A stretch of 63,533 nt of DNA, filler included, from Reticulomyxa filosa (Eukaryota; Protista; Foraminifera), in NCBI GenBank assembly GCA_000512085.1. It is 21 parts of 21 records of this genome, joined end to end, with 100 filler letters (N's around TTAATTAATTAA, not from the genome) between each part and the next. Parts side by side here need not be neighbours in the genome. Positions count along the whole stretch, not along the records: positions 1 to 2,878 come from ASPP01029306.1; positions 2,979 to 5,208 come from ASPP01020289.1; positions 5,309 to 6,482 come from ASPP01024583.1; positions 6,583 to 7,907 come from ASPP01044046.1; positions 8,008 to 9,500 come from ASPP01008548.1; positions 9,601 to 13,461 come from ASPP01022907.1; positions 13,562 to 16,125 come from ASPP01041523.1; 14 more parts are not named here. One strand, 5' to 3'. This document shows positions 1 to 13,871 of the stretch, piece after piece. The position numbers and the translations under genes were made by a program. Positions within the stretch are counted from its first letter, which is position 1, and every line of letters begins with the position of its first letter. The notes beneath the pieces were generated by a model, which had not been told where the DNA came from, did no database searches, and worked only from the letters and a program-made list of their open reading frames with translations.

Positions 1-272
1 AACAGTTGTCATGAGGTTCGACTGGACAAGAATTTGGATTTTGATTAAGAAATTGCTTTAAGCAGTTCCCTTGATTCATCTATATTTTCATGTTGAGAGC
101 AATTGATTTCCATTGGATTGTTGGCCACTTGTTTGCAAATCAAACAAATAACGTCGCGAATGGATTCCTGTTTGTTCAAATGTAAAATCCAATTTTTGTC
201 AAAGCAAGACTGTTGTTGAGGAAGTGACTTCAAATCCAGTTTCGTATTGTCTTTGCTTTTTTCTTCTTCCAT
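1..272 (-). pseudogene. 5' part of a RING-like zinc-finger gene (expanded family), frameshifted
   Basis: CLICKQVANNPMEINCSQH runs to a stop, but another frame continues GNCLKQFLNQNPNSCPVEPHDNC and completes the Cys/His pattern. This implies a short deletion near 65-75. Truncated by the window edge. Confidence 0.75.
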
Positions 273-2526
273 CTTACTCAGTTTCTTTCTTTTGGTTCTT
301 GGTCTCTTAAATAGATGATGTAGAGGAATTTATTCTGGAGTTTTTTTACTTTTAAAAATTTAAAAAGAATAATATATTCTAAAAGCTGAAACCATATGAG
401 AAGTAGATAAAACATTTATAGTAAAGTTTCACGCAAAGAAACGAATACAACATATTTGTCCTTATTCAAATAGTTTTGTTTTTTTATTTGATTGTTCTCT
501 ACAAAAAGGAGAAGACTTTAGGATTTTTCAATTCAAACAATTTAAAAGTTCACTTGCAAAAAGGATTAAAAGTAAAAAAAAACTTACTACCAGTACAACT
601 TTTGAGTACTATTCTTTTCTTAAGAATGAAATGAGGTTGCCCCCCCCCCGTCTTTTAAGAAAATGTCTGTGAAAAAGGAAAAAGAAGAACTGGGTAGTTT
701 TTTTAGAAATGCGTATTCAGGATTATCTCGTGTACAAATGATAACAAAAAAGAGTTTAGATATTTTAGATTATGCTAGAAAATCAATTACAGGAATTTTG
801 TTGATTATCTTTTATCTTTTTCTTTATCAATGATACTTTTGAGGATATTTAAATTAATATTATGTTTAATACTCCATCCAATAAAAACAAAGGAAATAAA
901 GATAAAACTATTAGAAAATTAATATTAATAATCGAAATGCAGTTTGTAAATTATTGAGACTTTCAAAATAATTCACACTTGGAAGATATTTTTGAAGTCA
1001 AAAAATCAATTCTTTCTATCAACAAATTGATTTTTTTAAATATTTTAAAATTTGAAATAGAGAAATTACCATATCCGAAATTTTTAATGGTTTTTTTTAT
1101 GACTTTAAATTGAGTTTTTTTACTGGCCTTGATGTGTTTTGAAAATTTGCATGTTCAATGTATTACTCAAGGAATATCGACCATATTGAAGATGAAATAT
1201 TTTTCAACGCATAACTTTTCAATTATTTCCCTTTTCATTGCAATGATAAAACGAAAAAACAAATTTTTATATTAACCATTTTTTCTTGAAATAATGAGAA
1301 AAAACACAAAAGGTTTGCTCTTGTGAGCAACGTTTCAGATATTAATAAATAATATTTCATTAAAAATTGGTTAAATTGCTTTAATGTTAATAATTTAGTC
1401 TCAGAAGTGTAATATATTTATAATATTTGTATAGTTCTTTAAATAAATTTTAAAGCATAATTAAATCTACTTATTATTTCGCAGCTCTTGTTAATAATAC
1501 TAACATATTTACAACATTTGTAGAATGCATTGACTTCTTTCACAAATCTAATTATTATTCTTTTGTAGAGAAAATTTATCAGGAAGTATTTGAATGTGTA
1601 AATTATAATATTAATTTTATTTCAATTTTAAAATTAATTGAATATAATTTTACTCAAAGAAAAAAAGCTTATCAATTTACAGAAAAATATTTATTTGTTT
1701 TGACAAATGATGTTTTGGTAATTCTAATTGTCTTATTTTTATTAAAGATTCTAAATTAAAAAGATAGTTCAAGATTTATTTATTTATTTAGAGAAAATCA
1801 GTTATAAAAATATTCATAGAATATTTATTGAATACTTAATTAAAAAAAAAAATTGGTGAACTTTCATCATTATGGAATAAAACCTAAATCAAAACTATAT
1901 TTAAAATTATTTTGTTAAAATGAAAACACAAACATTCTTATTATAAAAATTGTTGAGAATTATGCGGGTTTTTTTTGACAATAAAATTGCAATAATCAGA
2001 TAACAAACATATGAGATAAAATAATTAAAATTAGAGGACGACAGAAAGGCAACAGTAAATTAGAGCTGATGCATAGAAAACATTCATGATATGTCCATGC
2101 ACACAATCATTTATTAGATTCACAATTTCTTCTAGAGATGGAACAACTTCATCTCTTTTTTTGTATTTGTAATTCGTGGTTAATAAAATCAATTTAATAT
2201 GTATATCAACATTGCTTGAAAAAGAAAATCAAAATTTAAAAAATATTTAAAATTTTTTTGGAGTTTAAAAATCTTTATCAAGTAAATAAAAAAAGATCAA
2301 CTTTTATTCGCAAAGCCGTTTGAATATTTGCATTTCTCAAAAAAATTTTCATATGTATTAGCGTTTATTATGTTCTCCGTAATTGATGTGTACTTGGATG
2401 CAAAAATATTATCAAACACCATCTTTTTCTTAAATGATAAAAATTCCAAAATAAATCAAACAACAATCCAAAGCATAAATTGAATAAATTTAAAAAAAAT
2501 CAAAACAAAATTTCATTCATACATAT

Positions 2527-2878
2527 TCATCCCCAAACATGAACTAGACCTTTAATTGAACCATAATATAAACGAATACCATAATCATCTTTTGATTTTT
2601 GTTCATTATTTACTTTCAATGATACAAATTTAAGACATGCTATTATTTTCACCACTTCCTTTGATCAAATAAAGTTCTTTCTTATTTGATCGAATATCCC
2701 AAAAACGAATTGTATTATCCCTTGATCCAGAACATATCACATTTGAATTACCAATATTATTCTTTATTACAAATGGTGAATATTCAACAGACCATACATA
2801 ATCTGTATGTCCATTGAACACTTGAATTTGTTGACCAGATCGAATATCCCACAAACGAACACTTTCATCATTTGATCC
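2527..2878 (-). pseudogene. 3' end of a WD40-repeat gene, frameshifted
   Basis: GSNDESVRLWDIRSGQQIQVFNGHTDYVWSV...CSGSRDNTIRFWDIR; after a shift near 2640 it continues ACLKFVSLK...LYYGSIKGLVHVWG-TGA. Confidence 0.85.
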
Positions 2879-2978
2879 NNNNNNNNNNNNNNNNNNNNNN
2901 NNNNNNNNNNNNNNNNNNNNNNTTAATTAATTAANNNNNNNNNNNNNNNNNNNNNNNNNNNNNNNNNNNNNNNNNNNN
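2879..2978. other. Artificial contig linker (N44-TTAATTAATTAA-N44); first of 20 copies
   Basis: Identical 100-nt spacer with stops in six frames. It also starts at 5209, 6483, 7908, 9501, 13462, 16126, 18466, 19998, 22884, 23984, 28226, 42134, 43451, 48669, 51337, 54311, 55525, 57646 and 62055. Confidence 0.99.
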
Positions 2979-5308
2979 CGAAACCTGGTCAGTCACTATG
3001 TAATAAAAGGGGATCAGAACAATTTGGTTATATGTTATTCGCTCTGCTATTATTTAATGGGAGATACTTGTCGGTTCATGTACAAACAAATTTGAGGTAT
3101 GACAAATGGGTCAGGATATCATTGTAATTTATACTGTAATTAATGCATTATACAGTTTATACAATCAAATATTGTATATTTGTGAGTGATATATGAATAT
3201 TTATTACACAAGATATTGCAACAAAGTTACCATATATTTTTAGACAAACCAGTGGAAAAGTTTAGTTGCGCTAATATGCAGTCAATCACTTTTAATATAC
3301 GCTATGCCAAATATTTGGCATTAATTATCATTAACTTACGTGGGGTACAAAGTAACAGAATAAGTTTGTAGATAATACAATGGAATCTTAAAAAAATTTG
3401 GCAAATTTCATAATATGAAAACTGTAAACTTTTTTGGACAAAAAGTATTGAAATTTTGAAACAATCAGTAAAAAAAAGAACAATATTTACATTTGCAGAT
3501 ATTTAAAAATCTTAAAATGCTGCTTCTTCATTGAGAAAATTAGTTATCTCTGTAATGTGCTAATTATGTTTATTTCACTGTGATATAAATTCTAAAGGAT
3601 ATTTTCAATGCATGATTTAATAATAACCAAACTCTCTAGGAAACACATGTCCCTCTATTAGTATTGGCAAGTGTATTCTCATTTTCAATGTCAATACTAT
3701 TTTAATTTTATCTACTTATCGAAACTAATCCTTTCTATTATTTGTTTTTGTCTATATAAATGCTATGATCTGTTTTTATTCTGCGCCAGCTTGTTGGTGT
3801 GCTTTGTAACTAATTGAATATGCTGTTTCCATTGCCATTTCAATAAACTCATTTGAATTTCGAATTACACGTGATGAGCTCAAGCTTTTTTGATGTACTT
3901 GCTATCACTGTTTGCTCGTGACATTCAGTTGGCTGTAGGACTGTCTGTCACAGTTTATTCGTTTTAAAAAAAATGTTGTTCAAACGTGCGACCCGGTTTG
4001 GCGTGAGGTATTTTTCCAGGCTATATTGTTGCGTGTAGCTTGATTATTGGCTTGACAAAAACAAATGTGTCGATTTGTTCGATACAAAAGATAGTTGTCA
4101 ATAAAACGCCTTCTGTAATCAAAACTTGGAAACGTCCCGGACGGTGTTATGGCCTTGCAGTTTTCGAAACGATGATTACAAGCCACTATGGCGGAAAGTG
4201 CTTTCAGAGTTGCTTGTTCTCGAATGGCATTTCGCTTGCTAACAGTAATATTTACTGATTCACACAGGCTTTCTTATTGATAGATTCTTTCATTAGAGAT
4301 TTCTGAAAATGCTTAAAAAAAATTTAGAAAATCTTATGAAAATTAGAAAAAGCACATGGCAACTTTTTAGTGATTCACCTATGAGATGGTAAGCATAGCC
4401 AATTTTTCAATTTCAATTTGATGTATCATCTGATTTTAAAACAGTATTTCATCAAACAGATATTTATTTATAAGACCAAAAATAGGCAACGAAGACAATG
4501 TCTGATTGAGTTTTTTGAGATATACAAGCAAGTGAATCCAGAGAATAATGAATACAGTAAAAAAAAGGGAAACCAAGCGATAATGTGTAAGTCGCATAAA
4601 ATGTATGGCCAGATTCGATTCTTGTACATAAAATAATTTCTGTTGCAAAAATTGATTTTAGCTGGAACTTTGACCTAATACCGTACTATTTCTCATTGTT
4701 CTGGCAGTCGAAGGATTATAAGTTGCTGTTTCGGGTTCATTATGTGCAGATCCTCCTATCCAATATATTTAGATATCGCAATTACATAGTAAAAAATAGA
4801 AGCAAATGATGAGACCACAAAACTACTTTTGGAGTCACTGTTGCGATCAATGTCTTCATCGTCATTACGCGCCTCTCTTTCGGTTGGATCTTCCTTGTGA
4901 TACTTCTTCAAGCTCTCAAAGAAGCTCTCAAGTGCAGCAGGTTCGTCTTTACATTTTTGCGTTTTCATCTTTGGTCCAGACATATTTCTCTTTGTCTCCC
5001 CATCTCATCTTAATATATCTTTCGATCCGCGTTTTGACCGATTCCCAATGCGTTAGCACGAAACACAGTTCCAAGTGATATAATTTATACGATTCCTTGC
5101 ATCTGTTTAATATGTCTCTCATTGGTAGAGCACGTTTTTTGCTTTCAATTCATAAAAGCAATGTTCGACAAGCTCCTTTGCCAGTAATGCAGATCTGTCC
5201 ACTTTTACNNNNNNNNNNNNNNNNNNNNNNNNNNNNNNNNNNNNNNNNNNNNTTAATTAATTAANNNNNNNNNNNNNNNNNNNNNNNNNNNNNNNNNNNN
5301 NNNNNNNN

Positions 5309-5605
5309 AATGAAGAAACAGAATATGATCCAAATATTAATTTCTTTTTCATATATTGATTTGAATTAATCATTATTGAGAAAGGAAAATTATATTCAGG
5401 TAATTGATAATTTAATTTTGATAATTCATCAATATTTTTGTAACAATAACAATTCATTGTTGTTTATTATTAATCATTTCATTCACCATTTTATGTGCTT
5501 TTTTATTTGCTTCATTCCATAAAATATCTTTATCAATTTCATTATCTAAACTTTTATATTTGTTGAAATCATTTTCTGGATATTTCTTTTCGTCGTCATC
5601 GTTAT
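5309..5605 (-). pseudogene. Decayed member of a lineage-specific hypothetical protein family
   Basis: DNDDDEKKYPENDF...ILWNEANKKAHKMVNEMINNKQQ, in-frame TGA, IVIVTK, then a frameshift into NIDELSKLN...FSIMINSNQYMKKKLIFG. Protein-like but interrupted. Confidence 0.5.
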
Positions 5606-6054
5606 CTTTTTTTTATCAAAGAAAAATACAATTCTTTTTTTAGATAGAAACTTCGTGTGAGAGAACACACATATGTACTACTACCGTCAGCAATATTTTT
5701 TGTTTTGATGAAACAAAATAACTTCTATTTATGAAAATAATTGACAAATAACAAATAATATTGAACAGTCAAAAAAAATGAAATAAAATTGATTATTCAA
5801 TATTGGCTAAAGATAAAATTACTTTCAAGTACAGTAGAACGAATAAATTTTGAAGAAGAGTCACTAAAAGATATGTTAACCATGCTATCTTTAAATATGA
5901 TTTCGATTTTGATTTAAAATCTTTAACCAAAGATTTTAATATTTGTGACTTTTTAGAATAGCAATAAATTAAACAACTGAAAAAAGTATAAAATATATTA
6001 TAATTTCACTGAGTTCTTTAATCCAATTCATTTCTTTCATTTAAAGTTGTCAAA

Positions 6055-6346
6055 GTTATTTGATTTAAATACATTTTAATTTATTCAACATTATACTTTC
6101 TTTACCGACATAAACGAAATTATGAAATGCTGTTGTTGTTTGGTTATAACACATGATTATGAATTGAACATGATCAATATGACAATACTTTTCAATTTTT
6201 ATATATTACCTATTTGTTATGATGATATTGGACAATTATTTAGAATTTATTCAATTAAAAAAAATAAATGGATGACATTTCAAAATATTTTACCACAGTC
6301 TATTACATTAACATACATATCATTGGAGGAAAAAATGATCACATAA
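6055..6346 (+). pseudogene. Degenerate Kelch-like propeller fragment
   Basis: Pieces such as LFDLNTF and YSIKKNKWMTFQNILP match the intact paralogue at 11420 (VFNLNTFQ, YSIQEDEWTTFQDILP), with stops and deletions. Confidence 0.7.
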
Positions 6347-6739
6347 AAATTAAACTACATATTTCACAATTGATAAAATATATCTTTTAACTAAAGATTT
6401 TAATATTTATAATGTAAATGTTTTTTTAATTTATTCATTTTTCATTTTATATAAAAAAGATCTAATTGGTAATTACTTTTAANNNNNNNNNNNNNNNNNN
6501 NNNNNNNNNNNNNNNNNNNNNNNNNNTTAATTAATTAANNNNNNNNNNNNNNNNNNNNNNNNNNNNNNNNNNNNNNNNNNNNTGATACAATAGAGTCTCA
6601 TAGAGAAACAGCATGTACAAGTATTTCCTTGAAGAAAAGAAAAAAAAATAATCATGCTTGCCACTACTTTTTTTGCAATATTCAAATGTCGTCCCATTCA
6701 AAAATCGTCAAAAACAACAGAAAAATAGTTTTTGTCACA

Positions 6740-7376
6740 TTACCAAATTTGAATCATACCGTTAGAAGAACATGACATAAATTGACTTCCTCTGATAAAA
6801 TATCTATACACGACACTATATCGTTAACTTCTATTTTTTATTTTTGATTACCTAATTTTATGTCCCACAGACGAATAGTTTTATCATTTGAGCAAGACAA
6901 AATGGTTTGATCATCTGGAAAATATTTCACATCATTAATAACATCTGAATGTCCTTCTAATTGCTTTACTTCTTTTCTGGATTCAACATCCAATATTCGA
7001 ATTATGTTATATAATGAAGATGAAACAATATATTGACCATCTGGAGAAAATCTTGAGCTTATTACATCATCCATTTTTATTTCTTTTATTCTTTCGCCTG
7101 TTTTTACATTCCAAAACTGATTATATTCACAGATGTTGATACGATCATTTGACCGTCTGGCGAAAATTGAATACTTTCTATCATATTTATAGTATTTACA
7201 TCACATAATTTTATTATTCCATCAAATGATGAAAATTTTGTAAAATCGATGAAGTCGCTATATCTTCTGAAATTCCGAATTCCTCTCCCTGATTGCACAT
7301 TCCATATTTGAATTGTTCTAAAGTCTGTCGATGTAACAACCATATCACCATCCATTGAAAATCCACTACAATACAA
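6740..7376 (-). pseudogene. WD40-repeat gene (Gbeta-like repeats), several frameshifts
   Basis: FSPDGQYIVSSS, LEGHSDVINDVKYFPDDQTILSCSNDKTIRLWDI and final SCSSNGMIQIW-stop lie in at least three frames. Confidence 0.8.
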
Positions 7377-7559
7377 AAGTGAAAGAAAAACTAAAGAAAC
7401 AATGAATGGAATTATTATAATTTTTGAATATTTTTACTAGGAAAGCATAACAGCAATTCTTAAAGCAAAATTTGAGTAAAAAAGACTTTCTATTTTAAAA
7501 AAGTAAATTATTCCGCATGTGTAAATCGACTTGTCAATTATGAATCTCTGATACATGAT

Positions 7560-7728
7560 CATTTGATAAAACAATTTGCTTTTGGGATATTCGATCAAAT
7601 AAGTATGAATTGCATGTGATAAAAGTAAATGAGAAAGTAACATGTCTTACATTTATTGGATTGAAAAAAAAGTAAATAATAACGAACAAGAATCAAACAG
7701 TGATTACTTAATTTATGTTTGGGGATAA
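7560..7728 (+). pseudogene. C-terminal remnant of a WD40 gene (same subfamily as 2527-2878)
   Basis: SFDKTICFWDIRSNKYELHVIK...TCLTFIGLKKK...NNEQES...YVWG-TAA parallels DNTIRFWDIRSNKKELYLIK...CLKF...NNEQKS...VWG. Confidence 0.7.
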
Positions 7729-8007
7729 ACATATGTGAATGAAATTTTTTGATTTATCATCTTTTTTTTTAGTGAAAAGACATTGACAAAGGTTTGTTTT
7801 AATTTTCATTTCAATTCATTCAATCTAAAATTTGTTATGGAGAAAAAGACTCATTGAAGCGTAACTTGAGCCACGTTAACAAAAATATTTACTTCAGTGG
7901 TATTTGGNNNNNNNNNNNNNNNNNNNNNNNNNNNNNNNNNNNNNNNNNNNNTTAATTAATTAANNNNNNNNNNNNNNNNNNNNNNNNNNNNNNNNNNNNN
8001 NNNNNNN

Positions 8008-9429
8008 AACAACAACAACACCAACGTCGTTCTGAAAAAAAAATATTTAGTCAATTGAATAGCACCGAAACAATGAGTGCACAAAACGATAATCATTATC
8101 AAGCAATTAACACTGATCTCATTGAATGGGACCAAGTCAAGGTAATGTATGTGTATGACTTTATTGGTTCATTTGTCCCTTTTGTAATCTTGCCCACAAC
8201 GTATAGCATTACAATAAACACCTAACCAAAGGAACAAGAAACAAAAGAATCAGAAGAAAAGCAGCGAAAGCAAAAAAGTTATGACACTAAGAAACGAGAA
8301 CATGCATTGCCTGTGAAAATCAGTTCATATGTGTATATAAATATTATTAATATATTACTGTTTGTGTGTCTCATATTGCGACTCCAACTTGAGAGTAGGC
8401 GCAGAGGAAAAGGAACCACTTCAAATCGATGAGCAATACACTCCAAAATTGTGGCATAGTGACCCCAAAGTACGTTAGTCATGAGCTGTACACAAAAGGA
8501 AAACATTCAGTTTTTTTCTTCCCCCCCCTCCGCTCCTCTTGCTTCTAATCTCCCTTTTAACAAATAGACAAATATATTCTTTCTCTCTCTCTCTCTCTCC
8601 TTTTGTGCTGTTCTTTTATAAAAAGCATACATAAATGAAAGAAATAAATAAAATATAAAATAAAAAAAAAAAAAAGGAATGTCGTGTGGCATTTGAGTTG
8701 GCAAGAACATTCAGCAATCAAATATGGGCGTTGGCAATGGACGTACGTAAAAACTCACACCAAGTTGAAGGGTACAAAGGCTATTTTGGAAGGGACATAT
8801 GTCACCACATGAAGCGAATGAGAATGGACTGCGTTTTGTTAAAGATGTTGTCATCATTGCCAGCCATGGAGATGTTAGGCAACAAACCCAACAGTAAAAC
8901 CGGTTCTGATCACACGAGCGATGAGACCCATAACTACAGGAAAAGCGCGGCGACGTTTCCACGCACTCACTTTCATAAATGCACTCACAAAAATGATCGC
9001 TGCGCTTTAGCCAATTGTGAGCTGCTCTTAATCCATGGCTATTTAGACTGTACTGGACAAAAAACACGTGGAAATAGGCTGCCTCGCGACGATCAATGGG
9101 TCACTTTTTCTTCCAACAAAAACACCATTTATAATTTCAATTTCCATTTGTTCCAAAAAAACAAGCGATTTTTTGAGCTTTTCGGTTTTGTTTATTTTTT
9201 TGTGCCAAAAAGAATGTATGTACACCTTTCATTTATATTTTGTATACGTATACATTTTTTTTCTTGTTTTTTTTTTTTTTTGCTTACAGTTTTAATGGAT
9301 TGTTTGATGCATGTATCTCACAAATAGACTTCCGTGCTCAATCATCTATTGACTCGTCGCAACAGAAAGGACAATCGTTAATGGCTGCTTTGAAAGAAAG
9401 GCAAGACTTGACATATGAAACAGCTGAGG
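8008..9429 (+). CDS. Internal exons of a multi-exon gene, unknown function (partial)
   Basis: GC-richer segments bounded by GT/AG, e.g. IEWDQVK|gtaatg and FRAQSSIDSSQQKGQSLMAALKERQDLTYETAE|gtaatt. No domain recognised and exon structure not resolved. Confidence 0.35.
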
Positions 9430-10124
9430 TAATTGAGAGCCATCAAAAAAAAAAAAGTCACTTTCAAAAAAAAAAAAAAAAAAAAAGAAAGAAAAAAAAA
9501 NNNNNNNNNNNNNNNNNNNNNNNNNNNNNNNNNNNNNNNNNNNNTTAATTAATTAANNNNNNNNNNNNNNNNNNNNNNNNNNNNNNNNNNNNNNNNNNNN
9601 AATTTTTTTTGAATTTGTGCTATCAATAAACTATCATTTAACATATTCTCTTTAATGACATAAGTGTTTCTATTATTACAACGAAAGTAAAAGTTTGCAT
9701 TTGTTTAAATTATACAAAAATTACCATTTATATATAAAGTGTGTTATGTTCAAAAATAAGTATATTAACAACACTTTTTTAAATTTTTTCAACAACAGAA
9801 TTGTCTTTTTCAACAAAGTATAATGCTTATTACGAAATTTGAACATTGTTTATACAAAACAAGGAAGACAAGCCATTTCATTAACATATTCATTCCAATA
9901 AATTTTTGTGAATATTTCTTGTTTAATAATTCAAATTTCTTTTTTTCATATCACAAATGAATATAACATCATTTATACAGTAAATTTCTTTAGATAATAC
10001 ATATTTATTGTCGTAAATAAATAATAATATGTTCAGAAATAAGCACATTCAAGACACATTTTAAAGAGTTGAATATGTTTTTTAAGTCTACTAATTCTAA
10101 AAGAATTGTATGCAAAAATAATGT

Positions 10125-10310
10125 TAAAATAGTTCGTGTATGGGATGTTGATAACAACAAACAAATTCAATCATTCAATGGACATTCAAATGCTGTGTTG
10201 TGTGAAATTTTCATCATATTAATCGTCAAAATGTCATTTATTCTTCGTCATCTGACAAAACCATTCGTTTTTGGGATTTAAACATAATAATCAATTGCAA
10301 ATATTCCCGG
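10125..10310 (+). pseudogene. WD40 repeat remnant
   Basis: KIVRVWDVDNNKQIQSFNGHSNAV, then shifted SSSDKTIRFWD. The flanks are non-coding. Confidence 0.75.
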
Positions 10311-11419
10311 TGAAGTTATAATTATTGATGATACAACAATAAATGAATATTGGAAGTTGATGTTATCATTTGAATAAAATATAACAAACAAAGCATAACA
10401 TAATTGACAACGAGATTGTCAATCTCATGAATGCATCCAAATTTAATATTTAATATTCGAACCCAATGTTGTATAATTACTTCTTCAGACTGTTAAATAA
10501 TTACATATAACAAATAAACAATTTCTAAAAACTTGTGATAAGTATACCGATTTTAGTTTTGGTAAACTTTGTTTTTCATTGTTCAAGCTTGTCATTTTTC
10601 AACTTTTTGTTGCTTAAGATTGTCTTTGATGATGTAAAATGGAAAATGATTGAACTTTTTTATTAAGGTCAACGAAAAGTGGTTTCAAAAATATTGTGGC
10701 GAATGAAAAATGAGTTAACAATATAGGCTTTCTTTTCCAATGAAGATAAATTAGAAGGCAATTTTGCTTATCAAAGTATGTTGTAGTAGACGTGCAATAT
10801 GGGTTAATCTCTTGTTTATTAACTATATGAAGTTGAGCGTTCAATGTTTTGAATGAATGGAAAAAACGGTCACTGTATGAGGAACTCATGTAGTTGTGCA
10901 AAGTATAAAGGTTTAATGAGGATCGTTGAAACGATCGTGCAACAACATAGGCAGATAAACCAATAAGTGGTATTACTCCGTTTCTGCGCTTCATTTTGAT
11001 CATCTTAGATTTAATTCCAATATTATAGTTTTTAATACTTCAAAAAAATCTTGATTTTTTTAAAAAGTCACCAACAAAGTTGTAGAAGCTCATATAAAAT
11101 CAAAACCAAGTTTTTATCATTTTAAAAAAATTCTGTTTGCTCCAAAAAAACTACAGCTTGTTGTAAAAATAGATATTGATAATGCAAGCAGAAAGGGAAA
11201 AGATTTTTTTTATCTGATTTTTAACTAGTTGGTTATCAAACAAAGATATCTTTTTGTAACAAAAGATATCATATGACAAATCAAATAGCCATTTACACTT
11301 TTTTTTCTCATTCAAATAACAATTTCATAGCAAAAAAACAAAGCGAGACGTTTTTTTCAAAAAGGGTTGTGTTCCCCTTTTTAAAGAAAAGTTAAAACTA
11401 CTTGAAAAAAGTCGTCAAC

Positions 11420-12679
11420 ATGGCTAATCAAACTACAACACAAGAACCTCCTCAACATCTTATTACTTCAACTCCCTTTCAAGGTTTGAAGGATCTACCC
11501 ATTCCACTTTATGACTTTCAATGTGTGACACATAAGCACGAAATCCTCATTTGTGGAGGTTATGAGCAAAGTAAATGTTATTCTTATCATACACTTAAAA
11601 ACCAATACAAGTTTATCTGTGAGTATCCAAGTGACATTACACTGGATGGATACTGTGTAGTGAAACTGACAGATAACAATAACAAAGACAAAAATCAAAT
11701 TACTTTGTTGTCTTTTGGTGGAAGTGATTACCAAAAAAGATATACATTGGTGATGAAATATGTAAGTGTTTGGGGTAATGACAATAATAACATTGATGAC
11801 AATGAAATGAATAAATCAAAGGATTACAATCAATGGATCCCTTTTACAGACAATCACAATCAGCCAATTATCATTGGAAGAAATGGATATGGTTTTCATG
11901 GAGCACGTGCGGTAATTGGTGGAAGCAACGATCATTTGTTATTTATCACTTATTATCCATATGATATCAGCGTATTTAATTTAAATACATTTCAATTTAT
12001 TAAACATGATTTTTTACCAGATATACATCATATCCGGGCATACCATCATTGTTTTGTGTTAGTATCAGAAAATGAACAAGAAACGATGAAAAAAAATTAT
12101 GGAATGCTGTTGTTTTCTAGGACTAAAGGATTATTAATTCTATATGATGAAGATGACGACACTTTTCAATTTCGTAAAGCATCCGTTTGTGCTGATATTT
12201 CGCAATTCAGTTATTATGCATATGTACTTATCAATGATATCATCTTGTTTTTTGGTGGATTGAATAATAATAACGGTGATCTTTCAAAATCAGTATACAA
12301 GTATTCAATTCAAGAAGACGAATGGACGACATTTCAAGATATTTTACCCAGTACATTACATAATGGTGTTGCAATATTAAGTGAAGACGAAAGTGATATA
12401 CATATCATTGGAGGACAACATGATCTTCATAATGCAGTATCAACTCACATGAAGACAAAAGTGCGTATATGGGATAATTCACAACTGGTAATTATTATTT
12501 TTTTTTTTTAAATATAATCAAACAAATAAATTTTATATTGCATGAAATTAATAAATAATAAACAGTTAAAAAATGAAGTAAAACTTATTATTAAATATTG
12601 GATTCGAACTTTAAAGATAAAATTAGGATGGATTGATGATTTTGATCAAATTATTTTCAAATACAGCAGAAATATATAA
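11420..12679 (+). CDS. Intact Kelch-like beta-propeller protein, 2 exons (11420-12487, 12566-12679)
   Basis: Repeated hydrophobic-GG motifs (ILICGG, LLSFGG, AVIGG, ILFFGG, IHIIGG) with downstream Y...W. GT-AG intron 12488-12565 (phase 0) joins to LKNEVKLIIKYWIRTLKIKLGWIDDFDQIIFKYSRNI-TAA. Confidence 0.85.
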
Positions 12680-13561
12680 ATTTTGAAATCTAAATTCCAG
12701 ATAATTGAAATAAGGCTTTGATTTTTGTTTTTCATATTTATTGATTTTTGTAAATTTTTAAAAAATTGACAGTCGTGAAATTTACCAATCTCTTTTTTTG
12801 AGTTTTTTCAAGAAAATATCATTAATATTTTCAGTCTAAAAAATAAACAAGTTCAACTAAAGATAAACGGTGTAAAACATCGACAATAAATCTGCAAACA
12901 ATAATTTGACATTTCTTAAAAAGTTAAAAGAACAAAATAAAAAACAATTATTTATCAAAGTTTTTTAAAGTTAATATATTTCGACATATAAAAAAGTAGG
13001 CTTCTTTGTTTCTTGATATTTAGATAAGTCTAGTCATGATTTTTTCGAAAATTGTAATATGACAACTTACAGATCAAATATTAAGTCAGTTTTATCCGTT
13101 GGCAATAACATTATGTTTATATTTTATCAAAAATCAAATATTTACTTTGAATAAAGCTATTAAAAGAAAACGGGGGATTCCGTGGTTGCAAGGACAATAC
13201 AACAGCATTGAGTTAAATTAATTTTTTCTTTCATTGCATTAATGCTCTGTTATTATTTCATTACTCAACCTATTCTATAATTAAAAAGTCAATAAATAAG
13301 CATTTAAAAGTGATCGTCTGGAGCATTGTCTTGTTGATATTAGGCACGTGTTTATTATTAACTTCTCTGTTATTCATGCAAAATATAATCTCTGAGGTAC
13401 CTTGTTTGAGTTTTTTTTCAACTGAGCTTGAATTTTGGTTTGATTAATCCCATCAAAAAAANNNNNNNNNNNNNNNNNNNNNNNNNNNNNNNNNNNNNNN
13501 NNNNNTTAATTAATTAANNNNNNNNNNNNNNNNNNNNNNNNNNNNNNNNNNNNNNNNNNNN

Positions 13562-13871
13562 TTTGTGTAATATTTTTATTTTTTTGTTCATACTGTAATT
13601 GTTTTCTTTCTTTATCAAATTTTTTTTTGCTTTGAAAATATACTTCTTTAAACTTATATTGTTGTCTTTCTAATTGTTTTACTTTCTCTTCTAATTCTTT
13701 GCTTTGTGTTATTAAATATGCATTTATTTTATCCAAACATTTGAGTCTTTTCTCGTTCTTGACTAAGTTAATATGTTGATTGCAATAGTTTTCAATAGTT
13801 TTGGTATATGCATCAAATTTTATACTGGTTGAAGACAGCTCTTGAATTAACGGTTGTTGTGTCGATTGCAT
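13562..13871 (-). CDS. Coiled-coil hypothetical protein fragment
   Basis: Open frame rich in Q/K/E with heptad character (SKELEEKVKQLERQQ). Runs off the contig end. Confidence 0.35.

Noticed and set aside
2979-5208. Possible retroelement remnant in locally GC-richer patches
   Set aside because: No RT, integrase, endonuclease or transposase motif, terminal repeat or target-site duplication could be identified.
5440-5470. In-frame TGA as stop-codon reassignment or selenocysteine
   Set aside because: A frameshift follows within a few codons, and conserved genes end at TGA (DNAJC11, CAT), TAA (TM9SF1) and TAG (kinase-like). The code looks standard.
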